From the NCBI GenBank assembly GCA_951406725.2, contig OX597824.1:73222001-73286000 (forward strand): a DNA stretch of 64,000 bases. Reading direction: 5' to 3'. A program made the translations under genes and the position numbers. The notes below the pieces were generated by a model. The model saw only the letters and a program-made list of their open reading frames with translations, had not been told where the DNA came from and searched no databases. Origin of the DNA: Octopus vulgaris. Lineage: Eukaryota. Of this stretch, positions 42,314 through 55,840 are shown one piece after another. Each line of letters begins with the position of its first letter. The first letter of the stretch is position 1.

Positions 42314-42884
42314 TACACTCTTACAACCTCCATCCACCCACAATCCTTGTTCCTCTCCACCACCACCACTACCCCGCACATTTTTACCCACTCCACACCA
42401 TGAGGATCTGCCCTGATATCTCATCACAATTCTTATTTTTTCCACTTCCACCCAATCACTCCCACTCTTTCTTCTAAAAAAAATATAAGCTGCTCCTCCA
42501 CAACAAGAAACCTGCTCTGCTCTGGTCCCTACTCTCAAACTTTAACCTCTCCTCATCGCTGGTTAACTTCTGCTCTCCATGCTGGCATGGGTTTGAGAAT
42601 TCAACATGACGCTGGCTAGCAAGGAGTTGTCCTGGACTCCAACTATCTGTTGTGATATGGTTTCTACAACTTGATGCTCTTCTTAATGCCAACCACTTAA
42701 CATGTATGCTGGGTGCTTTTTACATGTTACTGTCATGGGTGTGTTTATGCAGCAGTGACACAGGTGCGTTAATGCAGCACCAGCACCACGGATGCTTTTT
42801 AAGTGGCACCAGTATCTGAAAGGACAAAGTGGGGAGTGGGGGTATGGCAGCAGTAGTAGTGAAGATGGGATAGAAGTAGGAGTA

Positions 42885-43097
42885 CTGGTGGTGGCGGCGG
42901 CGGTGGTGGTGGTTGTGGTGGTGGAGGAGGAGGGGGAGATGGTGGTGGTGGTGGTTGTTGTGGTGGTGGTGGTGGTGATGGTGGTGATGGAGGTGGTGGT
43001 GGTGGTGCTGCTGCTGCTGGTGGTGGTGGTGGTGCTGCTGCTGCTGGAGGTGGTGATGGTAGTGGTGATGGTGGTGGTGGTGGCAGTGGTAGTGGCA
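42885..43097. repeat. (GGT)n-like trinucleotide low-complexity tract
   Basis: Directly visible; similar tract at 24870-25022. Confidence 0.9.
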
Positions 43098-44757
43098 ATT
43101 TTACTTAGCATGTCTAATCAAGTACAGCAAATCATCGCCACATCTCCCAGTCTCTTGTCATTTCCTCAGTGAGGTCCAGCATCCAAAGATCCTTTCTCAC
43201 TACTTCATACCACATCTTCCTGGTGGGTCTACCCCTTCAGCAGGTATTTTCCACAATAAGAGCTTAGCCCTTCTTTATGCAGTTTTCCTCATCCATATGC
43301 TGCCCCCCATGGTTTGCGAATCTTGCAAGCTGTAGTAGTGTTGGTAACATGCAAAAAGTACTCAATACATGCTGTAAAGTGATTAACATAAGGAAGGGCA
43401 TCCAGCTGTAGAAACCATGTAGAAATCATGCTGAAGCTACCAATGAAGCGCAATGCAGCCCCTGGACCTATCAGATCATGCCAAATAGTCTAACCTGCCA
43501 ACCAGCATGAAACATAGATACTAAATGGTGGTGGTGGTGGTGGTTTTGGTGGCAGTGTTGGTGGTGGTTATGATGATTTTGTTCTACTTTAAGTATTATA
43601 AATTATACCTCCCTCTCTCTCTGTATTTATCTATCTATCTATCTCTGACTTCCTGTTTCTCTCCCCTGCCAATACCCATCTTGGGGTAGGGGACTAGACT
43701 TAAGAAAAACAGTTTACTTCATGTTATGTTAGGGTGAGAGGTAGTGGGGTTTTATATGTCGGGAGGGGGGATATGGCAGCAATAGTTGTGAGGATGGGAT
43801 AGAAGTATGGGTACTGGTGGGGGTGGGGGTGGCAGCGGCAGTGGTAGTGGAGGTGGTGTGTATGCATGTAGGCAGGTGGGTGGTTTGGTGATGACAATGG
43901 TAAGGGCTTTGTTTGTAGTGGTGATAGTTTGAACCATATTCTGACAGTGTTCAGTAGGGTCACTTCTCTCTCTCTCTCTCGCTATCTATCTATCTATCTA
44001 CCTATCTATCTCTTTCTTGGCCTGGTCTGGGCTGGTTTAAACCAGCTAGAGCTGTTTCCAAGCAACCATGAGATATGTAGGTTAATTGTTTCTTTTATTA
44101 ATTAGTGGGGGTGAAGGAAGGGCTGCTCACACTATTGACTTTTGTAGATTGTAGAGGTCAACACAGTTCAGTTTAAACATCTGGAGGTCAACACCTGTAG
44201 CATAAACATGGCTGAAGGTTTATGTGGACACACAGCCTGCTAGAAATAGCAACCAAATCTTCAACTCACACCCTATCATCTTAAAGAATAAAAGGACAGA
44301 TTAGATAGGGTAGTCCTAGATAGACACTGACTGAAAGAGACAAAATAATTTGATCATGGCTGCAGCCCTGGATTATTAAGCAAAATAAACACGTGTTTAA
44401 GGCATCAAGGGAAGGAGGAGGGCACTTCAGAAATGGTAAATGGCTTATGGCACAAAAGAAATCACTTTAAATTTACTAAAATAATATTTGGCAGGCCTTT
44501 ATTTCTACTAAGTATAGATGCAATTGTGTTACCTAAGATTAATTGTGAGGATCTGATCAAAGACTTTGCAATTCAAAAAAGTAGGAGGAAACTTTTCAAA
44601 TGTAAATAAAGTAGAGAAATACAAAAATAAACATTATTTTCCCTCTGAAGGGAATGTTTCAGACTTCCATCTTACTAATATTATATGACCAATTTATTTC
44701 ATTTGTTTGTTCGTATTTCCATTATATTTTATGCTTTTGCACAAATTACAATTTCAG

Positions 44758-44814
44758 GAAACTTTAGAAGACAAAATTCCCTCTATTAGTGCACAAGCAC
44801 TTGCATTTTTAAAG
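44758..44814 (+). CDS. CDKL1: CDKL1-like exon: ETLEDKIPSISAQALAFLK
   Basis: tttcAG acceptor, AAG|GTAAGT donor; 57 nt, phase 0 to 0; fits the CMGC insert leading into subdomain XI. Confidence 0.92.
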
Positions 44815-45118
44815 GTAAGTCACTCCTTTTGCTGTATGGCAGTTTAAGATGTGTGTGTATGTGTGTGTGTGTGTGTGTGTGGGTTTGTGTGTGCATGCAC
44901 GTGTGATTGAGTGTAAATGTATATGTGCATGTGTGTGTGTTTATGTGTGGTCGGGTGTAAATGTATGTGCATTTGTGTGTGTATTGCATATGTGTGTGTG
45001 TGTGTGTGTGTAAGAGTTCAGTGTTAGTAGAGATTATTGCTTGCAAGGGCTTATGCTTGCTTACAAATGAAAAATTATACTTGCTCATTCATACATGCAT
45101 ATGAACTAATGCAATGTA

Positions 45119-45993
45119 CAGGGTATGATGGATAAATTGTCCCCATGTTATATTTTTAATTTCTTGCATGCACATTGTTTTTTCATTTTGTTGACTACAC
45201 AGTATAGTAGGGTCAGTTGGGCACCATCTGTGAGAAAGGTAGCACCATGACACAATCCACTCTGCCAGAAATTTAGAAATGACATTCTGTACTGCTTGGC
45301 ATTTGTGCTGGAAGCTCCGATACAAACATTTCAGAGTGTTAGGTGTTAATCTGAGTCCCCAAAACATGTATCAAGAGTGATAAAAATCAAACATCCAGTC
45401 AATATCATGGTGTTCGGAGTGAGCACTAGCAATGGCAACGTTATGCCTCCATTCATCTTTCCACATGGCCTCAGACTCAATATGGAGGCCTACATCAAGT
45501 GCCTGGAGGAGGTAGTGTTGCCCTGGGCTAAGAGGGTGCCTGCTAGAAGACCCTATGTCTGGCAACAGCACTCTGCACCATGTCACACAAGCAGGAGAAC
45601 CCAGCCATGGCTGTCAGACAATTTCTGCGACCACATCACCCTAACATCTGGCCACCTAACTCCCCAGACTGCAACCCCCTTGATTAATATGTGTGGTGCG
45701 CAGTTGAGCAAGAGACCAACAAAACTCTTTGTAACACCAAAGATGAACTGAATACAAGGATTATGGCAGCATTTACCAACTTAAACAAGGAGACTGTCCA
45801 GAAGATTTGCAGGTGATTACAAAGACGTCTGGAGGCCATGGTTGAAGCCAATGGCGATTTTATTGAATAAATTTACTCTTTAGTATTTCAAGATATTTTT
45901 ATATAATTTTGGTAAATATATCTGTTAAAATGAGATGTCAGTGTTATTTTCATTTTTGCATAATTTAGATGACAATATATTCACTGCACCCTA
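45119..45993 (+). mobile_element. Internally deleted Tc1/mariner element
   Basis: KHPVNIMVFG...YVWQQHSAPCHTS, WPPNSPDCNP in shifted frame; TA-flanked degenerate TIRs CAGGGT...TTGTC / GACAA...ACCCTA. Confidence 0.8.
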
Positions 45994-46474
45994 TATGTCC
46001 ATGTGTAGATATGTGTACATTGGCAGATATGAATGACATATGTAAAGAATTGCATGTGTAAAAGACCAACTATAAAAAACAGTCCGAAGTATCTGTATAA
46101 TTTGTTTTGTTGTGTCAGCCTTTGATGATTTTAAATTCGCTGTTTTATGTTCTTCATAGTTGATGATTTGTTGTGAAAATATGAAGCCCCCCACCACCAT
46201 CTGACAAAAGGTCACAAACTATGATAGATCCTAAAATATTATTTAACTCCAGGTCATCTTTTGGTGAAAGAGATTTAAGCTCAAAGATATTCTGGCTGTG
46301 AATATTTTGGTTTCTGTATATCTAGGACCACCTTGTCCAATGTATTCCTTTTAGTTTTAAGATGTTACTTCTTAAACAACTCACCTAGATTTAAGTTTGA
46401 GTCTAGCACTAATTAGATAATTATTAACATAAGGGTAGTTTCTCAGTATTTAAGTTGTTGTTGTTGTTGTTGTT

Positions 46475-46521
<47 letters not shown>

Positions 46522-47104
46522 TTAGCTCTTAGCTCTAGGTTAGCCCTGTCTCACTGAATAGACCTATAACTAAAGGCATCTCACCCACAAATATTTTGAT
46601 TTTTTCTTCTCAACAAGAAACCCTACCCGATACAAAATTCAATGTTTCCTTTTCTAAGACAATAATGTGTAGTTTGAGGGAGATTAGGCTGCTACTTCTA
46701 GCAGGCTATCAACGACGGTGTAGAGCTAGGTATTGGTGAAGCTGATACACGTTGTTTGTCTGTATGTGAACATTCGATCCTTTTTGATCCCATTTAAATT
46801 TGTGCCAGTCAGAAGTTTCCATGTGGTTTGGTCCGTTTGTATAACACCTAGATCTACCTAAAAACAGATAATTTCCTTCTGTCTGGACCATATTTTTCCT
46901 TAATGGCGTTTTGGAGTAACTGTCGTTAGAAGTTCCATACCTCACGACAAAGGAAAAGTTTAGTATTTTTCCTTTCATTTCCCCTCCCCCAAGATATTTG
47001 TTTATATATTTATGTACTTCTTATTTCCCCTACCTTTTCTTTTCCCATGAGTGTGGGACTTGAGGAACAGTTGCTCCGCCCGTTCAATGTTAAATCATAG
47101 ATTT

Positions 47105-47950
47105 TAGCACGCCGGGCGAAATGCTTAGCGGTATTTCGTCTGCCGTTACGTTCCGAGTTCAAATTCCGCCGAGGTCGACTTTGCCTTTCATCCTTTCGGG
47201 GTCGATTAAATAAGTACCAGTTACGCACTGGGATCGATATAATCGACTTAATCCGTTTGTCTGTCCTTGTTTATCCTCTCTGTGTTTAGCCCCTTGTGGG
47301 TAGTAAAGAAATAGGTATTTCGTCTATCTTACATTCTGACTTCAAATGTTGCTGTGGTCGATTTTGCCTTTCATCCTTTAGGTGGGGGCAATGTGATAAA
47401 CACCAATTAAGCCCGGGGGTCAGTGTAAACGACTACCCGCTCCTACCAAATTTCAGGCTTTGTGCCTATAGTAGGAATGATTATTAAATCATAGATCAAT
47501 GTGGCGAGCGAGTAGAACCGTTGGAGCCTTCAGGAACAAAAAAAGTATGCTTTGTGGTATGGCGAGCTAGCAGAATCGTTAGCACATCGGGCGAAATGCT
47601 TAGCGGTATTTCGGCTGCCGTTACGTTGTGAGTTCAAATTCCGCCGAGGTCGACTTTGCCTTTCATCCTTTCGGGGTCGATAAATTAAGTACCAGTTAAG
47701 CACTGGGATCGATATAATCGACTTAATACCTATGTCTGTCCATGTTTGTCCCCTCTATGTTTAGCCCCTTGTGGGTAATAAAGAAATAGGTATTTATTCC
47801 GGTTCTGTATGTTCTGACCGCCGAGGCCAACTTAGCTTTTTATTTCTCTGAGTCGAGAAAATTAAGTATCATTCAAGTGCTGGGGGGGGGGGCATCATAT
47901 CGACTAATTCCAGCCCCACAAAACTGCTGGGTTTGTTTCTAAATTAGAAA
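47105..47950 (+). mobile_element. Cluster of SINE family C units
   Basis: Four core units, two nearly consensus and CpG-rich. Confidence 0.8.
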
Positions 47951-48719
47951 CCATTATCAAATTATAGGTCATAATTGAAGACGTCAGGTTCATAGATAGG
48001 AAATTAATTGAACGATAACCGGTTAGCTAACTATTTCCATGTTTTAAACTTTATGATATATATATAAAACTTATTCCTGCGAGACTGGCTTGGTTGGGAG
48101 TTCTTTCCACATGAATATTCTGCTATAGTCAAGAGGAGATAACTGTGAATTACTAACTGTCCATAACAAAACACAAACTGTATAACGAAAGGTAAATCAA
48201 TCGGCAAGACACTCCTTGAATAGAAATACATCAGAAATGAAGTAACAACACACAAGGAACTGACTGATTGCTGACAGATAATCGAAAATAATCACTAGAA
48301 ATCAAATCAATATTACTGGACCAGATTAGAAGAAATCAATACTCTAACAGTAACAAAACAATGAAAGAGTAAAAATATTACAAAAGATTTATATTACGTT
48401 GGTGTTTTGTTGTTTTTTTATGTGTTTTTTTTTTATCAGAGCTCTTCGTTAGATATATATGTATCTCTGAAATGCTATGTATTGTTTTTCTTCGTGGTAA
48501 TCTAATATACTTTTCAAAATTATTTTATTTTGCTTTCAAAGAAAGCAGTTTCGTTTTATGTGTGTAAACGACGCATTAAGGGGCAGATAACTCTACTGGA
48601 CAAACTTTTGGAAACATTTTTTTTTTGTTTTGTTATTTTGTGCTTTTACCACAGTGGATACATACTGGATCTCCCGGGTCGGAGTGATCTTCGTATAATA
48701 ATTTCTGTTTTCGTGTCAT

Positions 48720-50090
48720 TCTTGATTGACCCGATCAAGATAAATTTTGATCCTTTCACCCACACGATTTTCACTAAGAAAAAAAAATAATAACTCGGAT
48801 TTTTTTGCGAGGAATCAAGTACCCTGACCCCCTAATATGCTGCAAATCCCTTATTTTTGTTCGGAAAAAAGGGGGAGACCAGACCCTCCTCCATATCCCG
48901 GAATTATTGAAATTTTTTTTTTTCGTTGAATGAATTCCGGTGACCTCCTAGTATGCTACAAAACCCGTTTACGGGGGTGGTCTGGAAAACGAAATGAGGT
49001 GGGGTAGAAGCTTCGGAAATTCCCCTCCCACCCCCACGCCCATTGGTCTTTTCATCCGCACGATTTTCACTAAGAAAATCTCGGATTTTTTGCGTGGAAT
49101 CAAGTACCCCAACCTCCTAATATAATGTGAACCCCTTATTTTTGTTCGGAAAAAAAGGTGGGTACCGGAACCCCCATATCCCGGAAATTTGGAAATTTGT
49201 TTTTTTTTCGTTGAATGAATTCCGGTGCCCTCCTTATGTGCTACAAAACCCTTTTGGCGGTCCGGAAAACGGGGTGGAGAGGGGTGAAAGCCTCGGAAAT
49301 TTCACCCCCACCCCCATTTTCAAATATTTTTTGCTATTTCTTTCTTTAGCCATAAGCCATAATTCAAAAATGTTTGAAATGAATTAGTGAAAATGCAGAG
49401 GTTATTGAAGTTAGTGTGTGGAGAGATAACAAACGATAAATTCATCTTTAAAAAAACACGTTAGAGTTTTTGCCTGTATGTGTGAAAAAAGTAAAAGTAT
49501 AATATTAAGGCATTCTTTTGCCAATATTAAAACAAAAATATCTTTTTCCTACCTCTTAAAATCACTGGATGTAATAATTCCAGATTGCAAAATAACTTTC
49601 CAATTTTTGGTGCCAAAATGAGTTGCATTTTTGTGTGGAGAGAGGCAGGGAGAGGGAGGGAGGAGTGAGAGAGAGGAAGAGAGAGAGTGGACAAAATAAG
49701 GGATTTGCAACATATTAGGAGGTCAGGGTACTTGATTCCATGCAAAAAATCCGAGTTTTTTTTTTTTCTTAGTGAAAATCGTGCAGGTGAAAAGATCAGT
49801 GGGGGGTGGGGTGAAATTTCCGAGTCTTCCACCTCACCCCACCCCGTTTTCCAGACCCCCAAAAAGGGTTATGTAGCATATTAGGCAGTACCCAGAATTC
49901 ATTCAATGCAAAAAAAAATTTCCAATGATTCCAGGAATGGGGGGGGGGCAGGGCCAGTTTCCCCCCCCCCACTTTTTTTCTGAACAAAATAAGGGATTTG
50001 CAACAGGTGGTCAGGGTACTTGATTCCACGCAAAAATTCCGAGTTTTTTTTTTTCTTAATGAAAATCGTACGGGTGAAAAGATCAAATAA
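48720..50090. repeat. Inverted pair of elements built from about 295-bp tandem core units (Helentron/HINE-like)
   Basis: Two + units 48745-49320, about 1.4 - units 49690-50087; short hairpin TCTTGAT-TGACCCG-ATCAAGA at left end; class assignment is inference. Confidence 0.7.
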
Positions 50091-50851
50091 TACCATGATC
50101 AAAGGAACTTCCATTCATAACCATTCAGTTTCCTTTCAGACATCGTATATCCAAGACCATAGTATATCCAGCATAACTACAGCAGTGTGCCCCTCACCTC
50201 CCATGCTGAATTTGTTTTATTTTTTATTTTATTTTATTTTATCTAGTTTCAGCTCACAAGCTGTGGCCATGCTGGGGCACCGCCATTCCTCATAACCTTT
50301 TTGAAAAATAGATATTCTTATTGAAAGTTTTCTACAAATATGTTTCAGATGCTGTAAATTATGATTATACTGGAGTTCAATGTGATTTTTCTCTTTTTTC
50401 AGAGTGGGCAGAGGAGTTTCGAATAATTCACATGCCTCAACTTATAAATGCATTTTTTTTTTAGAAAGTTATGATGAAACAAAATTGAGGTGTATAAATT
50501 ACCCATTACTCCTCTGATCAGAAAATCTTTTATAAAATTCCAATATAATTGTAACCCACAATATCTAAAATGTATTTGAAGAAAATTTCATTTAAAAATA
50601 CTTTTATTTTTCAGAAAGTTGGGAGAGGCATTCTGCTGTAGTAATACAGTATATACTTGGCTTACCTTTTTTTTTATTATTTTAATATGCTAAGATATGA
50701 TTTGAGGGATTCCTGTTTCTGCCAGATCAAGTTATAACATAAAAGGCCTTACGTTTGAATCAATAAATAAACAGACGCAATCAGTTCACACACGAAGGAA
50801 TATCAGTGTTTTACCCATAGCAGAGAAAATTTGCAAATATTTGCAAATTAT

Positions 50852-50995
<144 letters not shown>

Positions 50996-51377
50996 GTGGT
51001 TAACCCAGGAAATATTAAATTTGCCCCTCATAATATCCATTGCATTTTGATGAGCCAAAGTACTTCACATGTACAATTGGGAATCTCAATCAGGTAGCAT
51101 TTTCCTGCAACCCCTTTCTGTTGCATCAAACACCCAATTCCTTTTAGGGCTCTTACATGGGTGATGTTTTTGATTCATGTATTTATAAAAATATCGGATT
51201 TCACTGTCATCTTTTACATTACAATTTACTTTCACTTTTTATGACACTAAACTGCATATTAACCCTGTCTAAAACTAAAATGGTTGAAAAAACAAAAAAG
51301 AATTACTAATTTTTTATTAACACGTTATTTTAATTATTTAAAATTCTATATCTGTTCCATTTTTGTGTTATTTAAAG

Positions 51378-51551
51378 AGTTGTCTTGCAATGGATCCAGT
51401 GCAGCGACTGACCTGTGCTGAACTCTTAGAACATCATTATATGGCCTATTGTCGAGATATTTTTGAACGAGGAACAGATTTTGATCAAAGGCGGAAGGAG
51501 ATCAATGAGAAGTTGAAGCAAAAAAACATATCACGCATCAAACCAGTTCCA
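51378..51551 (+). CDS. CDKL1: CDKL1-like exon: SCLAMDPVQRLTCAELLEHHYMAYCRDIFERGTDFDQRRKEINEKLKQKNISRIKPVP
   Basis: CLxMDPxxRxTCxELLxH subdomain XI; taaAG acceptor, CCA|GTAAGT donor; 174 nt. Confidence 0.93.
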
Positions 51552-53289
51552 GTAAGTTCAGCATCATTGTCATCACTATCATCACAGTCATCATCATTAT
51601 CATTATCAACATTGTCATTATTATCATCATTATCATCATCTTTTTTGTCATTATTATCATCATCTTTATCAAATAATTACTCTTTACTCTTTACTCTTTT
51701 ACTTGTTTCAGTCATTTGACTGCGGCCATGCTGGAGCACCGCAAATCGAACCCGGGACTTATTCTTTGTAAGCCCAGTACTTATTCTATCGGTCTCTTTT
51801 GCCGAACTGCTAAGTGATGGGGACGTAAACACACCAGCATCGGTTGTCAAGCAATGCTAGGGAGACAAACACAGACACACAAACTCACACACATATATAT
51901 ATACATATATACGACGGGCTTCTTTCAGTTTCCGTCTACCAAATCCACTCACAAGGCTTTGGTCAGCCCGGGGCTATAGCAGAAGACACTTGCCCAAGAT
52001 GCCATGCAGTGGGACTGAACCCAGAACCATGTGGTTGGTTAGCAAGCTACTTACCACACAGCCACCCCTGCATCTAATTATGATTGTTTTATAATCATCG
52101 TAACCTCCACCGCCATCATCATCCCCATCATAATCACCGTTAACATTTCTATCATCATTTTTATCATCATCACTATCATCGTTTTATAATCACCATTACT
52201 TCCACTACTACCATCATCATCACCACTATCATCACCATCATTTTATATGCTATTTTTTCATTGCTGGTATAGGTTTGATGGGTCTTCTGTGGAACAATTT
52301 TCACTACTTGTCTCAATCGTGTGTTATCTCACCTGGAAAGCCCAGCATCCTCATATTTCATCACATCTTTCTATCTATGTCTTCCTTCATTCATATCCTC
52401 CCATGAGTATCTGCCAGTGAATGCATGTAGGTGCTCGTCTTGCTAGAAACAGCAGCTAAATCTTACTCGAATAACAACCTACTTTTCTTTTAAGGAGGGA
52501 AGACTACATTGGATGTATTCGTGAATGTGTGAATCACCAGGATGATTAAAGGTATGGTAAAAAGAGGAGGAGGAGAGATGATTGGAAGTTTCTGGAAAAT
52601 CTTGTTCTAAACTTCAGCATATATGAAAATAAAACAAGTGAAATGGGAGATACTTATTTCTTTATTGCCCACAAGGGGCTAAACATAGAGGGGACAAACA
52701 AGGACAGACAAAGGGATTAAGTCGATTACATCGACCCCAGTGCGTAACTGGTATTTAATTTATTGACCCCAAAAGGATGAAAGGCAAAGTCGACCTCGGT
52801 GGAATTTGAACTCAGACGAAATACCACTAAGCATTTCGCCCGGTGTGCTAACGATTCTGCCAGCTCGCCGCCTTACAAAATGGGAGATACTATCTGGTTC
52901 CTAAACTCTCATCTTCAAACTCTTGCATGAAAATCCCTGTATGTGTGGTGGGGGGGGGTGTAGATACATAGTTTGGGGTGTTTGCACTCACAATCCTAAG
53001 ATTGTGGTTTCAGTTCCTGGACTGGGTGAGGCATTGTGTTCTTGAACAAAACGTTTCACTTCATATTACTTCAGTCTGCTCAACTAACAAATATGAGTAA
53101 TCCTGCGAAGGACTGATATCCTGTACAAAGGGGGAATATATCTGCTACCAGATCCAGGAAACCAGCCTTATGGGCCTCTGACTTGAGAAGAAATTTTGAC
53201 CCTCTTTTTATGTATGTATGCTCACTTCTGTTTTTAATTATTTAAATTCTTCTTCTGAGGAAGGAGCTGGTCTCTAACAAAGATACTGC

Positions 53290-55840
53290 TGTATCACCGA
53301 TTGTTATGACAATACTTTTTTACATTATAACCATGTTGTAATAATAAAGTATATAACGAAGCAGGGTAACAACAATGTAACAATCCACAAATTCTTCACA
53401 TAGGCGTAGGAGTGGCTATGTGATAAGTAGCTTGCTTACCAACCACATGGTTCCGGGTTCAGTCCCACTGCGTTGCCCCTTGGGGAAGTGTCTTCTACTA
53501 TAGCCTCGGGCTGACCAAAGCCTTGTGAGTGGATTTGGTTGACGGAAACTGAAAGAAGCCTGTGGCATATACGTATATATATATGTGTATTCTATACACC
53601 CAATAAGAATTTAATTAGCACTTTGTCATTTCCTAACTCATTCCTTGTTTTTTGTAGCTCTTGCTTGAAAGTATCTAGAAATCTTTCTGCTTTCCCATTT
53701 GAGCTTGGGTGGTAGGGCAGGGTAAACATGTGCTTGATTGCATGCATTTTGCAGAATTTCTTGAACTCGTATCTTGTGAATTATGTTCCATTGTCTCATA
53801 TTTTTTAAAAAACACACTTCACATGTTCAATATGCTAATCATGAGATTCACTTTTAATTAATACATCAAGGTATGGACTTGCAAACTGACAGTCCACCAA
53901 CATCGCATCCATAACCTGTTGAAATATTGCAGGTGCAACCTTCAGACCAAATGGCAATCTATCATATTTGTATAGTGCTCTGTGTGTATTCACTGTTGGA
54001 AGCTTCGAGTATTCCTCATCTATTTTGATTTGTAGATATGCATTAGACAGATCCAGTTTCAAAAATATTTTGCCGCCATTTAATTTTTCAAAAACATCCT
54101 CTAGAGAAGGTAGTGGATAGTGACACAATTTCTGACAGTCATTAAAACCAGTAGAAAAATCAACACACCTTGATTTTGTTTTTCTTTTAATACACACAGT
54201 TGGTGCTGCCCTCATAGAATAGTTTACTTTTTGAATAATTCCCATTTTCTCCAGTCTGTCCAATTCTTCCTCTACCTGCTTTACCACAGCAAATGGTACC
54301 TTTCTCTTAGGTTTGAATACAAGTACAACATTTTCCTTTATTTAAAAACAGACCTCAGTCTTAGAACAGAAGCCTCATTTATCTGACAGCACTTCAGGAA
54401 ACAAGTTCTTTTTATTTTTTCTTTAATTCAGCTGCTGAATGGAACAGGCATTTATTTCTTACTGAACAGATTTATGGAGAGGTCCCATAAGTCAAACAAC
54501 AACTCCAACCAGTCTGTACCGAACATACTGGTTGCATTGTTTACCATGAAAACTTCTCCTCTACAGGTTTTTTCCCTGAAATGTGATATCACTCCACATT
54601 TTGCCTATGAAGTGTAGTTTTTCACCTGCAATTTTCGATGTTTTTCTTAATGCAGGTTTCCCAATTTTTTTCCACATGCTGGTATTAATAATCTAGATGT
54701 CACTACCAGTATCTAGTTCTAATTTAATATTCACTTCGTTTACTTTTTTATAGGTACAAATTTCATCTTTTTGATGTTGCTTCTGCTTTCCATTGAGAAA
54801 ACTTAAGAATTTTTTATGTTCGACAATTCCTAACTTTGCTCTGCAATGTGAGCTCTTGTATCCTACTTTTTAGCAACTGTAACATTTTTGTGTTTTGAAA
54901 GGACAATCCTTTCTGAAATGTAGGGCTCCACATCCATAGCATGGGTTTGGTCTTAACATTTGTTGTTTGTTTATACCTTCCTAGTTGGTACCCTTGTACT
55001 TGTGAGAACTCCTTTTCTGTACATCCTGACATAAGTTTACAGTTCTTTGTCACTCCTCTGCAACTGCCTGCAGGGTTAAACTTTGGTCCACTTGTTCAAA
55101 ATATTGTGAGAATTCTTGCACATATCTCTGCATCTTTGTTTTCCATAAGCCCTTGTACAAAAATGAGGCACTTAAACATATCAAGAGTTCCTTCAGTTTA
55201 AGCCTTTCACATGTTCAGTTTATGGTCCCAGCATATGTGACAAAGTCTTCATCCTCTTTTTTTACTAGACTCCAACACTCTCGTTGAGTGTTAAGTAGGG
55301 ACCTCTTATCACTGAATATTTTTGATAGTAGTTCAACTGTTTCCTAGAAACAAAATTAACTAGTTTTTATGTAGGTAATATGAAACTACAATATTTTTCA
55401 TGTTCAGCTAGTGCTAATTTACGTAATAACAGTCTTATTTTTTCATTGTCTGTCCACAACTTGAAATTGTTCATCCATGACTTGCAGTCTTCCCTGAAGA
55501 TTTCTTTCTGCCTTCTAAAGTACACTACAAATGTTATGTCTTCCTCTGGGTCATAACTGAATCCTGTTATAGATTTCAATACGGCACCTGGCAAAAACAA
55601 ACTTATAGAGTTTCCAGGCTTCTTAAGACATAACTCCATTAACTTCTTGTTTTTCTTCCATTATTTACAACTTTGTATCACAAAGATTTGTTAACTGAAC
55701 TGCATGAGCTTCTAATCCTCGTCATCAATATTTTTGTACTGCCAATTGTTATGACAATACCTTTTTACACTATAACCATATAGTAACAATAAAACACATA
55801 ACGAAGCAGGGTAACAACAATGTAACAATCCACAAATTAT
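53290..55840 (-). mobile_element. Decayed Gypsy (Mag-like) LTR retrotransposon
   Basis: About 105-bp direct repeats 53290-53395 and 55735-55840; degenerate PBS TGATGACGAGGA; gag, protease (LELDTGSD) and RT (LDLSNAYLQ, RLPFGLKVAPAIFQ) fragments. Confidence 0.85.

Noticed and set aside
42683-43172. Poly-Pro, poly-Thr and poly-Val ORFs
   Set aside because: (GGT)n low-complexity DNA open in several frames; no splice or domain support
46709-46978. 89-aa minus-strand ORF in the CpG-retaining island
   Set aside because: No recognisable domain or supported exon chain
48745-49320. CRISPR-like or prokaryotic repeat system
   Set aside because: Units are long tandem cores with no unique spacers, and the window is eukaryotic
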